Below, piece by piece: positions 9,204-19,134 of a DNA stretch of 64,000 nt (position 1 is its first letter; the number at the start of each line of letters is the position of its first letter). Made by a program: the position numbers and the translations under genes. The notes below the pieces were generated by a model. The model was not told the DNA's origin. It was given only the letters and a program-made list of their open reading frames with translations, and ran no database searches. Source of the stretch: an uncultured Acidobacteriota bacterium (GTDB lineage: Bacteria > Acidobacteriota > Thermoanaerobaculia > Multivoradales > UBA5704); contig CAVYRF010000002.1 of assembly GCA_963770895.1 (NCBI GenBank), positions 1,376,001-1,440,000 on the forward strand. The letters are read 5' to 3'.

Positions 9204-11392
9204 ATCCCCAGCATGTTGGAGTTGGACGACAGGTAGCCGTGCGTGCCGTAGAGGTTTGCCGGGTGGGTGACGTCCTTGCCCGGTTCGGGGCCGGTGTCGA
9301 AGGCATAGCCCTCGCGGGCGAAGACCAGCAGGTCGCCGGCGCTGGGATGGGCCAGGCCCAGCTCGCTCGCTTCCTGCCGGGTCAGCACGCGCTCGATCGG
9401 TGAATCGTCGCCCAGCCGCCAGCTGACCAGCGCGTCGCGCAGCTCGGCGATGGCCCGGCGGCGCTCGGGGGAGTCGTCCGCCGCGCCGCCGCCCGAGCTT
9501 TCGGGCAGGGTCAGATAGACGTGCGCCATGCCGGAGTCGCCGACGGCGTAGGCGGCGATCCCCCCGGCTGGCGGGGCCGGGGCTGGTGACGGCGCCGCGC
9601 CAGCTGCCGGAGCCGGACCTGAGCCCGCTGGCGGCGCCGGCGTGGATGCCGCATCAGCCCCCCCCGCGCCAGCCGCCTCCGGGTCCGGCGGGAGCTGCGC
9701 CAGCAGGCCGCGTTCGGCCAGCAGGGCGTTGAGGTCGATCATGGTGTGCACCGGCGCCATGCCGTGATCGCTCACCACCACCACCGTGGTGCGGCCCAGG
9801 TCGACCGAGGCGAGCAGCAGGCGCAGCTCGCGGTCCACCCCCTGCCACACCTTGCGGCGCGCCTTGGCCAGCTCGTCGCGGCGGGCTGGCGTGTACAGCG
9901 CCTGCCGCGGATCGGTCAGCAGCAGCACGTGGCCGGCGGTGTCGATCATCGGGATGTAGCCCATCAGCAGGTCCCAATCCTCGCGCGCCGTCACCGCCCG
10001 CATGGCGCCGCCGAAGAAGGTGGTGAAGTTCTGCGCCTGCTCGACCCAGGTGTCCAGGTCGATGCCGGGCTTTTCGTGCCAGGTGGCGGCCAGGAGGCGA
10101 TCGTCGGGGGGCCCGGGCCATGCCAGGTCGGCATCCACCAGGTCGCGGGTAAAGTCGGCGGGGTAGGCGTGCAGCTTGTACGTGGCGCTGACGTAGAGCC
10201 GCACCGTGGCCAGCTGCGGATCGAGCGCCAGGACCTTGATCCAGCACACCGACCGGCCGCCGCCGCTGGGAAAGCCCACCTCGGCCCACTCGCCCTGCCG
10301 CACCGGCTCGTCGTCGGTGCTGCTGGTGGCGTCCGCCCGCGACGCATTGACCGCGTGAAACGTGGACGGCGCGGGCGCGCTGCCCGAACCGGCGGGCTTG
10401 ATCACCAGGCCGTCGTAGTTTTCCTGCTGGTCGTTGGTGCGGTCCACCGCGTAGACGTCAAAGCTGGCGGGCGGCGCGGCGGCGGCTGCTGCACCGGCGG
10501 GGGCGGCTGCACCGGCGGGGGCGCCTGCACCGGCGGCGGCGGGAGCACCCGCGGGGGGGGCGGCGGCGGGCACCGTAATGTGAGCCAGCAGCAGCGGTGA
10601 ATGCGTGGCGAGCACCGGCGGCAGCGGCTTGGGCGGCGCCGGTGCGGGGCCCTTGGCGGACGCCGGGGGCGTGTCGCTCTTGGCGGCCGGCGATTTGGCG
10701 CCCTTGGCTGGCGGCTTGGGCTTGGCGGGAGGCGGCGGGGGCGGCATCGCCGGCGGCGGCGCGGCCTGCCAGTCGTCGCTGGTCAGCTCGACGATCTGGG
10801 CCTTGCGCTCGGGGGTGCTGACGTAGGCGACCCCCAGGTCGCCGCGCCGGCGCGGCCCGGTGTCGTCGGCAGTCGGCCATGCCACCACGGCCGTGCGCCG
10901 CTTTTGCCGCCGCAGGGCCTCCCAGAGGGTCTCGCCGGCGATGGGATAGGTGAAGCCGCCGGCGATTTCAAATTGCGGCGCCGTCGCCGGATGGAAATGG
11001 TTGCCGACGATGCCGGTCTGATCGGGGGCGCCGCCGGTCGCCAGGCTGACGTGATTGACGGCGGTGACCGTCGGATTCACCGGCACGAGGGGCGCCACCG
11101 TGCCTTCGCGGAAGAAGCGCGCGAAACCGCCTTCGTCCAGCAGGTCGTCCTGCCACAGCTGCTGCAGCGCCTCGAAGCTGGCGCCGTCCAGGCTGATCAG
11201 CACCACGCGGCGGTTCAGCCTGGGAACCGACGGCCCGCCGGTCGGCTTGGGGCCGTTGGGAGGCGGCTGCTTCTTGGGGGCGTTGGGATCGAACGGCTTC
11301 GCCGCTACCGTCGCCGCCGTCGCGGCCAGCGCCAGCGCAACACCGACGCCCACCCAGCTCGCTCTGCGCAGCTGCTGCATTCCTGTCCTCAT
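9071..11392 (-). CDS. Secreted alkaline phosphatase superfamily protein (nucleotide pyrophosphatase/phosphodiesterase)
   Basis: VVLISLDG, PTVTAVNHVSLATG (Thr nucleophile), DTAGH, VVSDHGM, GTHGY; signal peptide; Pro/Ala-rich inserts. Start could be 11380. Confidence 0.85.
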   Translation of the reverse strand: MRTGMQQLRRASWVGVGVALALAATAATVAAKPFDPNAPKKQPPPNGPKPTGGPSVPRLNRRVVLISLDGASFEALQQLWQDDLLDEGGFARFFREGTVAPLVPVNPTVTAVNHVSLATGGAPDQTGIVGNHFHPATAPQFEIAGGFTYPIAGETLWEALRRQKRRTAVVAWPTADDTGPRRRGDLGVAYVSTPERKAQIVELTSDDWQAAPPPAMPPPPPPAKPKPPAKGAKSPAAKSDTPPASAKGPAPAPPKPLPPVLATHSPLLLAHITVPAAAPPAGAPAAAGAGAPAGAAAPAGAAAAAAPPASFDVYAVDRTNDQQENYDGLVIKPAGSGSAPAPSTFHAVNASRADATSSTDDEPVRQGEWAEVGFPSGGGRSVCWIKVLALDPQLATVRLYVSATYKLHAYPADFTRDLVDADLAWPGPPDDRLLAATWHEKPGIDLDTWVEQAQNFTTFFGGAMRAVTAREDWDLLMGYIPMIDTAGHVLLLTDPRQALYTPARRDELAKARRKVWQGVDRELRLLLASVDLGRTTVVVVSDHGMAPVHTMIDLNALLAERGLLAQLPPDPEAAGAGGADAASTPAPPAGSGPAPAAGAAPSPAPAPPAGGIAAYAVGDSGMAHVYLTLPESSGGGAADDSPERRRAIAELRDALVSWRLGDDSPIERVLTRQEASELGLAHPSAGDLLVFAREGYAFDTGPEPGKDVTHPANLYGTHGYLSSNSNMLGIYLAIGKDVKPATATGSLVPATDVARRVAGWLGLEKPRLGSGTP

Positions 11393-11421
11393 CGATCACG
11401 ACCTCCGCACCGGCAAGCAGC

Positions 11422-11862
11422 CTACAGTCCCGTGGACCCGAACCCTCCGGACCCGCGCTCGCTCTGGGCCAGGCTTTCCGCCTCTTCCCATTCGACGCTT
11501 TCCACCCTGGCGATCACCAGCTGGGCGATGCGGTCGCCGCGCCGCAGGGTGAACGCCGCCGAGCCCAGGTTGACCAGCAGCACGCCCACCTCGCCCCGGT
11601 AGTCGCTGTCGATGGTACCAGGGGCGTTGACCATGCCGATGCCGTGACGCAGGGCCAGGCCGCTGCGCGGACGCACCTGGCCTTCCCAACCCGGCGGGAT
11701 CTCCAGCGCCAGGCCGGTCGGCACCAGCATGCGCTCGCCCGGCAGCAGCACCTTTTCGCCTTCGATCGCCGCGCGCAGGTCGCAGCCGGCGCTGCCGCCC
11801 GAAGCTCGGGTCGGCAGCGGCAGGTCGTGCGCGCCCGGCAGGCGCTGCACCCGCAGCTTCAT
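11422..11862 (-). CDS. dut: dUTP diphosphatase
   Basis: [45 protein letters not shown] at 11862. Confidence 0.97.
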   Translation of the reverse strand: MKLRVQRLPGAHDLPLPTRASGGSAGCDLRAAIEGEKVLLPGERMLVPTGLALEIPPGWEGQVRPRSGLALRHGIGMVNAPGTIDSDYRGEVGVLLVNLGSAAFTLRRGDRIAQLVIARVESVEWEEAESLAQSERGSGGFGSTGL

Positions 11863-12791
11863 CAGGAGACGGGACCGCCGGTGCCCGGCTGCGGGGTCGG
11901 CGACGGGGCCGGCGTCGCCCCACTGCCGCTGCCGAAGCCGCTGTTGCCGAAGCCGCTGTTGCCGAAGCCGCTGCTGCCGAAGCCGCTGCTGCTGCCGGGC
12001 AGCGACCCGGGCATCAGCGTGCTGCCGGGCGTCGGGAACCCCGGCATCGGGCGCCCCAGCCAGCGGGTGCTGAGCGCCAGACCGCCGCCGCGGCCGCTGG
12101 TGACTCCGATGCCGGCCACGCTGCCGGCGACCTGGGTGTTGCCGGCGCCGCGGGTCAGCATCTCCAGGCGGAACTCCCACAGGTTGTAGTGATCGTGGCC
12201 GTAGAACAGCAGCAACGATTTTGCCGTGCTGCGGCTGCGCACTCCGACGATCGGCCCCACTGCCACCGGCTGGTTGGCGTCGCTGCCGCTGCCCGCCGCC
12301 TGCTGGCCGGTCTGGCCCGGCGCGCCTGGCACCGTGGGCGGCTGCTCCGAGCTGAAGGTGAGCGAGCTGTTGGAGGACAGGCCGCTGTTCTGCCCCTGCG
12401 CATCCGGCATGCCGGGCACCTGGATCTGCGAGCCCTGGCCCAGGAAGATCGGCACGAACGGGCCGTCGTCGGTCATCGGGTCCTTCCACAGCTGGCGGAT
12501 GCAGCGCGGCTTGGCCTTCAGCAGCTCGTCAAAGGACACCGGAAAGCGCTGGAAGCGCTTCTGGAAGACGCGGATCGCCTCGACGTACTGCCAGCCGCGC
12601 GAGATCAGCTCCTCTTCCTTGTCGCGCTTGATGCGCTCGCTCCACATCGGCAGCGCCGCCGCCAGCATGATGCTGAGCACCGACAGCGCCATGATCAGCA
12701 CCACCAGGCTGTAGCCTGCGCTGCCGCGGCGCGGCGCCCGCCCCCCCCGCGTCCCCTGCCGGCGGCCCGCCGGCGGCTCACCAGTCGGCAT
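11862..12791 (-). CDS. Prepilin-type (minor pseudopilin, GspK/PilX-like) protein
   Basis: G|[22 protein letters not shown] class III signal lacking Glu5, [15 protein letters not shown]; low-complexity C-tail. Confidence 0.75.
   Translation of the reverse strand: MPTGEPPAGRRQGTRGGRAPRRGSAGYSLVVLIMALSVLSIMLAAALPMWSERIKRDKEEELISRGWQYVEAIRVFQKRFQRFPVSFDELLKAKPRCIRQLWKDPMTDDGPFVPIFLGQGSQIQVPGMPDAQGQNSGLSSNSSLTFSSEQPPTVPGAPGQTGQQAAGSGSDANQPVAVGPIVGVRSRSTAKSLLLFYGHDHYNLWEFRLEMLTRGAGNTQVAGSVAGIGVTSGRGGGLALSTRWLGRPMPGFPTPGSTLMPGSLPGSSSGFGSSGFGNSGFGNSGFGSGSGATPAPSPTPQPGTGGPVS
11931..11990. repeat. 4 x 15-bp coding tandem repeat (GCCGAAGCCGCTGYT) giving SGFG(S/N) repeats
   Basis: Read directly in the sequence; lies in the pseudopilin C-terminal tail. 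Confidence 0.9.
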
Positions 12792-13287
12792 AGGGCGTGC
12801 CGGCGAACGAGATCGCCGTGGACCCCGAATGGATGTCCACGATTCCCGGCGTGTTGTCCGGATTGTCGTTGTCGGGGTTGTCCGTATTGTCGGGCACCGG
12901 CGTCGGATGATCCGGGTCTTCTTCTTCGCGCACCAGCACCCAGGTGTCGCTGCGCTTGGTGATCGGATCGATGGGGATGGCGCGCAGGTAGCCTTCCTTG
13001 ACCAGGATGTCGAGCGTGGCGGGATAGTGGCCCTTGTCGCCGTAGTACTGGTCGAGCACGTCGCGCATCGTCCGCAGGTTGTTCTTGAGCACCACCTCGT
13101 TGGCCCGCATCGGCATGTCCTTCAGGCGCGGCATGGCGATGGCGGCGAGGATGCCGATGATCGCCACGACGATGATCATTTCGAGCAGCGTGAAGCCCTG
13201 CTCGCCCCTGCTGCCGCGCCGTCTGCGCCCGGGTTCGTCGCCGCCGCATCGCTGTGCCATCGATTCCACTCCCTGCCCCGTCACCAT
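12778..13287 (-). CDS. gspG: Type II secretion pseudopilin (GspG-like)
   Basis: G|FTLLEMIIVVAIIGILAAIAMP, DQYYGDKGHYP.TLD.LV..GYLR.IP.DPIT. Start may be 13260. Confidence 0.85.
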   Translation of the reverse strand: MVTGQGVESMAQRCGGDEPGRRRRGSRGEQGFTLLEMIIVVAIIGILAAIAMPRLKDMPMRANEVVLKNNLRTMRDVLDQYYGDKGHYPATLDILVKEGYLRAIPIDPITKRSDTWVLVREEEDPDHPTPVPDNTDNPDNDNPDNTPGIVDIHSGSTAISFAGTPYADW

Positions 13288-13799
13288 TTGCGATACGGGA
13301 TGCCGTTGAGGCCGCTGCCCTGCGCCAACGAATACACGTCGAACACGTCTTCACCGCCGCTCTCCGCCGCGTCCGGCTCGTCCTGGTAGCTGAGCAGTCC
13401 CCAGGTCGCCTTGCCGGTGAACGGATCGGTCGGGATGCGGCGCAGGAACTTCTTCTTGCGGTCGATCTGGCCCACCAGCGCGATGCCCTTGACCAGCGAG
13501 TCCAGGTCCTTCGGATAGCCTTCGGTGCCCAGGTCGACAGGCAGCAGCCCCTGGTCGCTGAAGCGCTTGTACTCGTCGATCGCCGCTCGCAGGTCGCGCA
13601 GGTCCTGGCGCAGCTCCATCTCCTTGGTCCGCTGGCTGGTGTACTTGACGACCGGCATGACGAGCAGCGACAGCGACGCCAGGATGGCGGTGACCATCAC
13701 CAGCTCTGCAAGGGTGAACCCCGCCTGCCGCCGGCGCCCGGCCGGCGCCGCCAGCCGCCGGCGCACCGACGCCGCCGCCGCGGCCCACCAACTAGCCAT
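13281..13799 (-). CDS. Type II secretion pseudopilin (second GspG-like paralog)
   Basis: G|FTLAELVMVTAILASL, KEMELRQDLRDLRAAIDEY, FLRRIPTDPFTG, DVFDVYS. Confidence 0.85.
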   Translation of the reverse strand: MASWWAAAAASVRRRLAAPAGRRRQAGFTLAELVMVTAILASLSLLVMPVVKYTSQRTKEMELRQDLRDLRAAIDEYKRFSDQGLLPVDLGTEGYPKDLDSLVKGIALVGQIDRKKKFLRRIPTDPFTGKATWGLLSYQDEPDAAESGGEDVFDVYSLAQGSGLNGIPYRKW

Positions 13800-16500
13800 C
13801 GCTCGGTCCCGCGCCGGCCGCCGGAGCGCTCTTCTTGCCTGGCGGGGGAGCATCCAGCGGCAGCGGGCCGCGCCCACCCCCGCCGCCACCGCCACCGCCG
13901 CCGTTGCCGCCCTGCTGGACGTTGATGTGGGCCGGCTGCACCGAGATCGGCAGCACCTGGTGCAGCGAGCTGTCGAGCGCCTGGTGGCCGGCGAAGCCCA
14001 CCAGGGCCGCCCCGGCCTTGAGCGCCTTGAAGGTGACCGTCACCAGGGTGCCGGCGCCGGTGACTCCCGGCTGCTCGCCCAGGCGGCTGGCGCCGATGAC
14101 GACGGCGCCCGGATGGCTGAAGTCGGACAGCACCTCGGCCGTCCCCGTCGCGCCCAGGAACTCGCCGGGCGCCACCTTGGCGACCGCCAGCAGCGTCGGG
14201 TCGAAGCTGAGCGTCAGCGGCAGGTGGGAGATGGCGCGGTCGGCGGACACCTGCACCGCCACGTTGAACTGGTCGCCCGGCCGCACGTTGAGCTGCTGCG
14301 GCAGCAGCCACAGGCGCACCGCCGCGCTCTGTGCGCCGGCAACGTCCTGCTGCTGGTAGGCGGCCTGGCGAACGGACAGGGTGGACGCGCCGGACGCCTT
14401 GGACGCTCCGGCGGGCGACCCGTGCTGGATGAGCGCCGACGACTGCCCGGCACCCGCTCCTTCCACACCGGAGGGCGGCGGCGTGGGCGGCGGTGTCGCC
14501 GGCGCGGTGGGCGTCGCCGGCACCGACGGCTGGAAGATGGTGGAGGGCGTCGTCGATGGCGTCAGGTTGACGCCGGTCGGCGGCGGCGGCGCCACCGGCT
14601 GCTGCGGCTGTCCGGGCGGCGCCCCGGGCCCCGCCTCGCCCTCGTCGGGTTCCTGCTGCAGACCCCGCGGCAGGCGCTGCAGGCGCTGGCGCCCTTCGTC
14701 GGCGGCGCTGCCTTCGTTGCCCTCGAACGGTCCCTCGGTCTCGGACTCGGCGCGCGGGCTGCCGCCGCGGAAGGTGACGTTGGCCTCGGTGCCGACCCAG
14801 ATCGGCAGCAGGTCTTCTTCGGTGATCTCGGCGTTGCGGATGATGTGCGGCGTCAGCGTCAGCACCACGTCGGTGTGCGCGTTCTGGTGGTTCTTGTCCG
14901 AGAACAGGCGCCCGATCACCGGCAGGTCGGAAAGCCCGGGGATGCCCTGGTCGCTGGTCGAATCGTCGTCGCGGATGAGGCCGGCCAGGAAGTTGGTTTC
15001 GCCGTCCTTCAAACGGATGGTCGAGTCGAAGGAGCGGGTGCCGATCGTCGGCTGCGAGGTGCCGTTGGAGACGATGTTGGCGCCCAGGTTGCTCACCTCG
15101 ATCTTGACCTTGAGCGTCACCTCCTGGTTGTGGTGAACGCGCGGCTCGATCTCGATCTTGACGCCGACGTCCTGGTATTGGAACGAGGTGACCGGCACGA
15201 TCGAGCTGCCCACCGTGTTCGAGGTGTTGAAGGTGGTCAGCGGGATCGGCACCTTGTCGCCGATGATGAGGTTTGCCTTCTGCCCTTCGGTGATGCGCAG
15301 CTGCGGTTTGGCGAGCAGCCGCGCCTCGCTGTTCTGCTTGATGAAGTTGTAGACGAAGCTGGGGATGTTGAGGATCCAGTTGCTCTGGTTGAGGTACGGG
15401 ATGTTGGACACGCGCAGCGGCGAGCTGGTCGACGACGTGGTGGCGGCCGCGCCGGTCGCGGTGCCGGAGGTGCTGGTGGCGGCGCCGATCGAGCCGGTGT
15501 CCAGCTGCTGGCCGATCGAATATTGCGACAGCGCGATGCCCAGGTCGCTCAGCTTGGTGGTGTCGATCTGCAGCAGCTCGACGTCCACCACCACCTCGGC
15601 CTTGGCCTTGTCGTTGGTCTCGATGATCTTTTCGGCCACCTTCACCTTGTCGGCGGTGTCGCGCAGGATGATGGCGTTGAGCTGCTCGTTGGTGGCGATC
15701 TTCTTGGCGTCGATCAGGCTGCGCAGGATCTGCGTCATGTCCTTCACTTCGGCGTTCGAAAGATAGAACGTCTGGATGACCAGGTCTTCGTAGGTGCGGC
15801 GGTTTTGCGGCGTGTCGGCGGCGATCAGGATGGTGTGCTCGTCGATCACCTTGTAGAAGTGGCCGGCGGCATGCATCAAGGTTTCGAGCGCCGACTGCGC
15901 CGTCACGTCCTTGAGGTCGATGGCGATGTCCTGATCCTTCAGGTTGGGATCGAACAGCACGTTGATGCCGAAGGCCTGGCCCAGCGCGCGGTAGATCTGG
16001 AAGATCGACACCGCCTGCGGGAACTCGAGCGAGATCGGCTGATCGGATCGCGGATTGAGCATCGGCGGCTGCGGCCGTGCGCCGCGCGCCCGTATCTTCA
16101 TCTGCTCGATCGTCTCGGCGGGCCGGTTCAGGCGTTGCAAGGCGATGGCGCGGCGGACGTGCTCCAGCTGCGCTTCGGCGTACTGGTTGGTGGGGTCCAG
16201 CTGCGTCGCCTGCTGGTACTCGACCAGCGCCCGCTCCAGGACGTTCGCCTTTTCGAACTGCTTGCCTTTTTCGAAATGGCTTTCGGAGGCCTTCATCTTG
16301 GCGCGCAGCAAGGCGGCCTGATACTTGATATTGCCGGGGTCGTTGCTCAAGGCGTCCATATACCTGAGCACGGCCTCGTCCCATTGCCCATCCGTTTCCA
16401 GCTGTTCCGCCTTGCGGTAGCTGGCATTGGCGGCACAGCCCAGCGCCACCGACGCCGAGATGAGCAGCAGGATGAGAAGCCGCAGATATGGTTTACGCAT
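13792..16500 (-). CDS. gspD: Secretin (GspD/PilQ-like) with N-terminal TPR-like region and C-terminal cohesin-like domain
   Basis: Lipobox-like ALGC, TPR-like helices, N3 domain, LLAKPQLR..EGQKANLIIGDKVP, QYQDVGVKIEIEP, IPGLSDLPVIGRLF, then a Pro-rich linker and a beta-rich domain (VRPGDQFNVAV..LSFDPTLL..GAGTLVTVTFKA). Confidence 0.88.
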   Translation of the reverse strand: MRKPYLRLLILLLISASVALGCAANASYRKAEQLETDGQWDEAVLRYMDALSNDPGNIKYQAALLRAKMKASESHFEKGKQFEKANVLERALVEYQQATQLDPTNQYAEAQLEHVRRAIALQRLNRPAETIEQMKIRARGARPQPPMLNPRSDQPISLEFPQAVSIFQIYRALGQAFGINVLFDPNLKDQDIAIDLKDVTAQSALETLMHAAGHFYKVIDEHTILIAADTPQNRRTYEDLVIQTFYLSNAEVKDMTQILRSLIDAKKIATNEQLNAIILRDTADKVKVAEKIIETNDKAKAEVVVDVELLQIDTTKLSDLGIALSQYSIGQQLDTGSIGAATSTSGTATGAAATTSSTSSPLRVSNIPYLNQSNWILNIPSFVYNFIKQNSEARLLAKPQLRITEGQKANLIIGDKVPIPLTTFNTSNTVGSSIVPVTSFQYQDVGVKIEIEPRVHHNQEVTLKVKIEVSNLGANIVSNGTSQPTIGTRSFDSTIRLKDGETNFLAGLIRDDDSTSDQGIPGLSDLPVIGRLFSDKNHQNAHTDVVLTLTPHIIRNAEITEEDLLPIWVGTEANVTFRGGSPRAESETEGPFEGNEGSAADEGRQRLQRLPRGLQQEPDEGEAGPGAPPGQPQQPVAPPPPTGVNLTPSTTPSTIFQPSVPATPTAPATPPPTPPPSGVEGAGAGQSSALIQHGSPAGASKASGASTLSVRQAAYQQQDVAGAQSAAVRLWLLPQQLNVRPGDQFNVAVQVSADRAISHLPLTLSFDPTLLAVAKVAPGEFLGATGTAEVLSDFSHPGAVVIGASRLGEQPGVTGAGTLVTVTFKALKAGAALVGFAGHQALDSSLHQVLPISVQPAHINVQQGGNGGGGGGGGGGRGPLPLDAPPPGKKSAPAAGAGPSDG

Positions 16501-16550
16501 CTTGACAAGTTCCTCCGTTCTACACGATCGCTTGGCTTCGGGCCCGAGCG

Positions 16551-17219
16551 CTACTTCTTGACCACCGCCAGCCGCTGCGCCGGCCAATCAGGAAAACCGA
16601 CAAAACGGATGTCCACCGATTCGTAGCCGATCTGGGCGACGATGAACTTGCCGCCGATGACTTCGCCTTCGCGGGCGTTGTATACCTTGTCGCCATCGAG
16701 AAAAACCGCGATCCGCCGGCCTGCCGGACCGAAGTGGCCCATGTAGGACCAGGTGAACGGCGGCGGCTTGGGCTTGGCCTGCTCGATGGCGACCTTTGCC
16801 GCCATCTCACGCAGCATGCGCTGGCGCGCCGCCTCCGCCTCTTCCATCGCCCGCAGCTCCGCCGCCGACGGCTTGTGCGGCACGGGCGGCGGCGGCGGCG
16901 GCGGTTCGACGAAGCGCCACGGGTCGCGCCCACCGGTGAAGTTGCGCGGGGTGAAATTCAGATCGGCGATGCGCAGCGGGACGATGGTGCGCACGTCCTT
17001 GTCGCTCGCGCGGCCGTTGACCGCCCGCACCGCGCGCGGCTGCGCCTGACCGCCGCCGGCGCCGCCGCCGATACCGACGTCACCGTCGGCGCCGGCGCCG
17101 CTGCCTGCCGTCCGCGCCGCCGGCGGCGGAGCGCTCTCATCGCTCGGCACCAGGTAGTGCCAGGCCAGGATCAGCACCAGGAGCCCCAGCACGATCGCCA
17201 GCGCTTTTTGCCGGTTCAC
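16551..17219 (-). CDS. Membrane-anchored assembly protein (PilP/GspC-like position)
   Basis: N-terminal TM, RDPWRF, poly-Pro, YMGHFG..IAVF....VYNAREGEVIGGKFIV; GTG start; operon context. Confidence 0.65.
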   Translation of the reverse strand: MNRQKALAIVLGLLVLILAWHYLVPSDESAPPPAARTAGSGAGADGDVGIGGGAGGGQAQPRAVRAVNGRASDKDVRTIVPLRIADLNFTPRNFTGGRDPWRFVEPPPPPPPVPHKPSAAELRAMEEAEAARQRMLREMAAKVAIEQAKPKPPPFTWSYMGHFGPAGRRIAVFLDGDKVYNAREGEVIGGKFIVAQIGYESVDIRFVGFPDWPAQRLAVVKK

Positions 17220-18022
17220 GGCTGCTGCCTCCCGCGCGGCGTCACCGTGCTGCCCGGCAGCGGCGCAAAGGCGTCCTGCGATTCGTCCCGCGCCGCGAAC
17301 AGCGTCGACAGCGTGAGGTTCATGTGGAGCGGCGCTCCCGGCGCTGACGGCGCGGCGGCGCCGCCGCCGCCGCCGGCGGGTACTCCAGGCGGCGCCAGAC
17401 TGGCGCCGGGGATGCCCACGCCGTGGAAGGCGGTGGCGCCCGGAGGAGCGCCGGCGCTGCCGGGAACCCCGAAGGCGCCGGGGCGGCCGCCCGCGCCGCC
17501 CGCCGTCGCGCGCCGCTGGTTTTCTTCGGCGAGCGAGACGCTTTCCAGGGTCAGGAAGGACTCCGACAGCTCCAGCAGGTTGACGAACTTGCGCAGGTCG
17601 GCGTAGCTGCCTTCGACGGAAAAGATGAACGAGCGCTTGATCAGCCCGTACTGCTGGATCTGCTCTTCGGGGTAGTTGATCGAGCGCGGCGTCAGCCCGG
17701 CGCGGGTGGCGAGCATCCGCACCTCCGCCGTCACCCCGGTCAGGCGCCGGCGGCGGGTCGAAAAATGGTCGTCGTAGAGCTGCAGGATGCCCTGCCGGTT
17801 GACCTTCGCCTGGCGCAGCAGGTCGTTCTGCTGCGCGAACTCGGCACGGGCGTCGGCGAGCTGGCGAGTCTGGTCGGCCAGCTCGCCGCGCAGGGTCGTG
17901 ACGCGATCGGCGTAGCCGACCTTGTAGATCAGGAACCCGAAGCCGTTGAGCACCAGGAAGGCCAGGGCGACGGCCCACACCCACACCCGCTGGCGCCAGA
18001 TCTCCAGCTGCGGGCCGGTCAT
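17216..18022 (-). CDS. PilO/GspM-like inner membrane assembly protein
   Basis: Single N-terminal TM, coiled coil, VEGSYADLRKFVNLLE ferredoxin-like motif. Confidence 0.75.
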   Translation of the reverse strand: MTGPQLEIWRQRVWVWAVALAFLVLNGFGFLIYKVGYADRVTTLRGELADQTRQLADARAEFAQQNDLLRQAKVNRQGILQLYDDHFSTRRRRLTGVTAEVRMLATRAGLTPRSINYPEEQIQQYGLIKRSFIFSVEGSYADLRKFVNLLELSESFLTLESVSLAEENQRRATAGGAGGRPGAFGVPGSAGAPPGATAFHGVGIPGASLAPPGVPAGGGGGAAAPSAPGAPLHMNLTLSTLFAARDESQDAFAPLPGSTVTPRGRQQP

Positions 18023-19134
18023 CGCCTGCCTCCGGGAGGTGCCGGCGGGGGAGGGCCGGCCGGGCGGCGCGTGGTTGGCGTCGAGGGCGTCGGCGCAAAG
18101 CTCTTGCTGCCGGGCGGGGCGACCCGCACCAGCCCGGCGCCGGCCGGCGAAGCCGGCCGCGTCGTCGGGGGGAGCGGCAGCGGCGCGTCGGCGTCGGGCG
18201 TCGCCGCGCCATCGGCGGCATCGGCGCCGCCAGCGCCGGCGGAATCGCGCTTCGCCTTCGCTGTCGCCTTGCCGGCCCCGGCCGCGCCCGGCATCGCCGC
18301 CGCCGCCAGCGGCGAGGCGGGTTGGTACTGCACGTTGAGATCGAACTTCACCAGCCCGTTGTCCATCTGCGATTCACTGAGCAAGTTCGGCTCCGCGAAG
18401 GCCGGATGCGCGAACAAGTTGTCTACGAACCGCAGCAGCGCTTCGTCATTTTTTGCCTCGCAGCTCATCGCCAGCACGACCGGCTGGCGGCGCTGCTCGC
18501 GTCCGGCGCGCAAGGCCGCGTCGAAGTCCTTCTGCACCACGTTGGAGGGGGTCAGGTGCAGCAGCCGCACCCCGTCGGGCAGCACTTGGGCAAGGCGATC
18601 GAACAGCAGGCTCCACGAGAACGTGCGCTCGGCGATGACGTGGTTGAGGAACAGCGCCATGCGGTTCTGCTGCTCCAGGTTCAAGGTGCCGATGCGGGTG
18701 TCCAGCCTGGCGATGCTGCCCCTTTGCACTTCGACCTGCTCACGCATCTGGGCGAGCTTGGCGCGGGTCTCGCGCGAGCTGTTCAGGTAGCCCACGAACA
18801 AGACCACGTTGGCGGTCAGCAGCAGCACGCCCAACGCCCACAGGATCACCGCCACCCGCACCACCGGCCGGGTGTTGATGAACGGGCGGCTGGCCAGGTT
18901 GAGCGACTGCCGTTCGTCGTCGGCCAGCGGCGCCGCCGCGGACCCGCCGCTGGGAAGGCCGCCCAGGGAGACGCCGCCCAGCCCCGCGGCCGGCGCCGCC
19001 TGCCGGCCGAGCGCGTCCAGATCGGGCGGCGACACGGATTCGCCACCCTGCCAGGCGGTGGCCGTGCCGGCGAGCGGCGCGACGCCGTCGCCGGCCGGGC
19101 GCGGGCGGGGTCCTTCGTAAGGCGGCAGCGTCAT
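18019..19134 (-). CDS. PilN/GspL-like assembly protein
   Basis: LNLASRPF, TM, coiled coil, WSLLFDRLAQVLPDGVRL, FVDNL..HPAF. Confidence 0.75.
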   Translation of the reverse strand: MTLPPYEGPRPRPAGDGVAPLAGTATAWQGGESVSPPDLDALGRQAAPAAGLGGVSLGGLPSGGSAAAPLADDERQSLNLASRPFINTRPVVRVAVILWALGVLLLTANVVLFVGYLNSSRETRAKLAQMREQVEVQRGSIARLDTRIGTLNLEQQNRMALFLNHVIAERTFSWSLLFDRLAQVLPDGVRLLHLTPSNVVQKDFDAALRAGREQRRQPVVLAMSCEAKNDEALLRFVDNLFAHPAFAEPNLLSESQMDNGLVKFDLNVQYQPASPLAAAAMPGAAGAGKATAKAKRDSAGAGGADAADGAATPDADAPLPLPPTTRPASPAGAGLVRVAPPGSKSFAPTPSTPTTRRPAGPPPPAPPGGRR

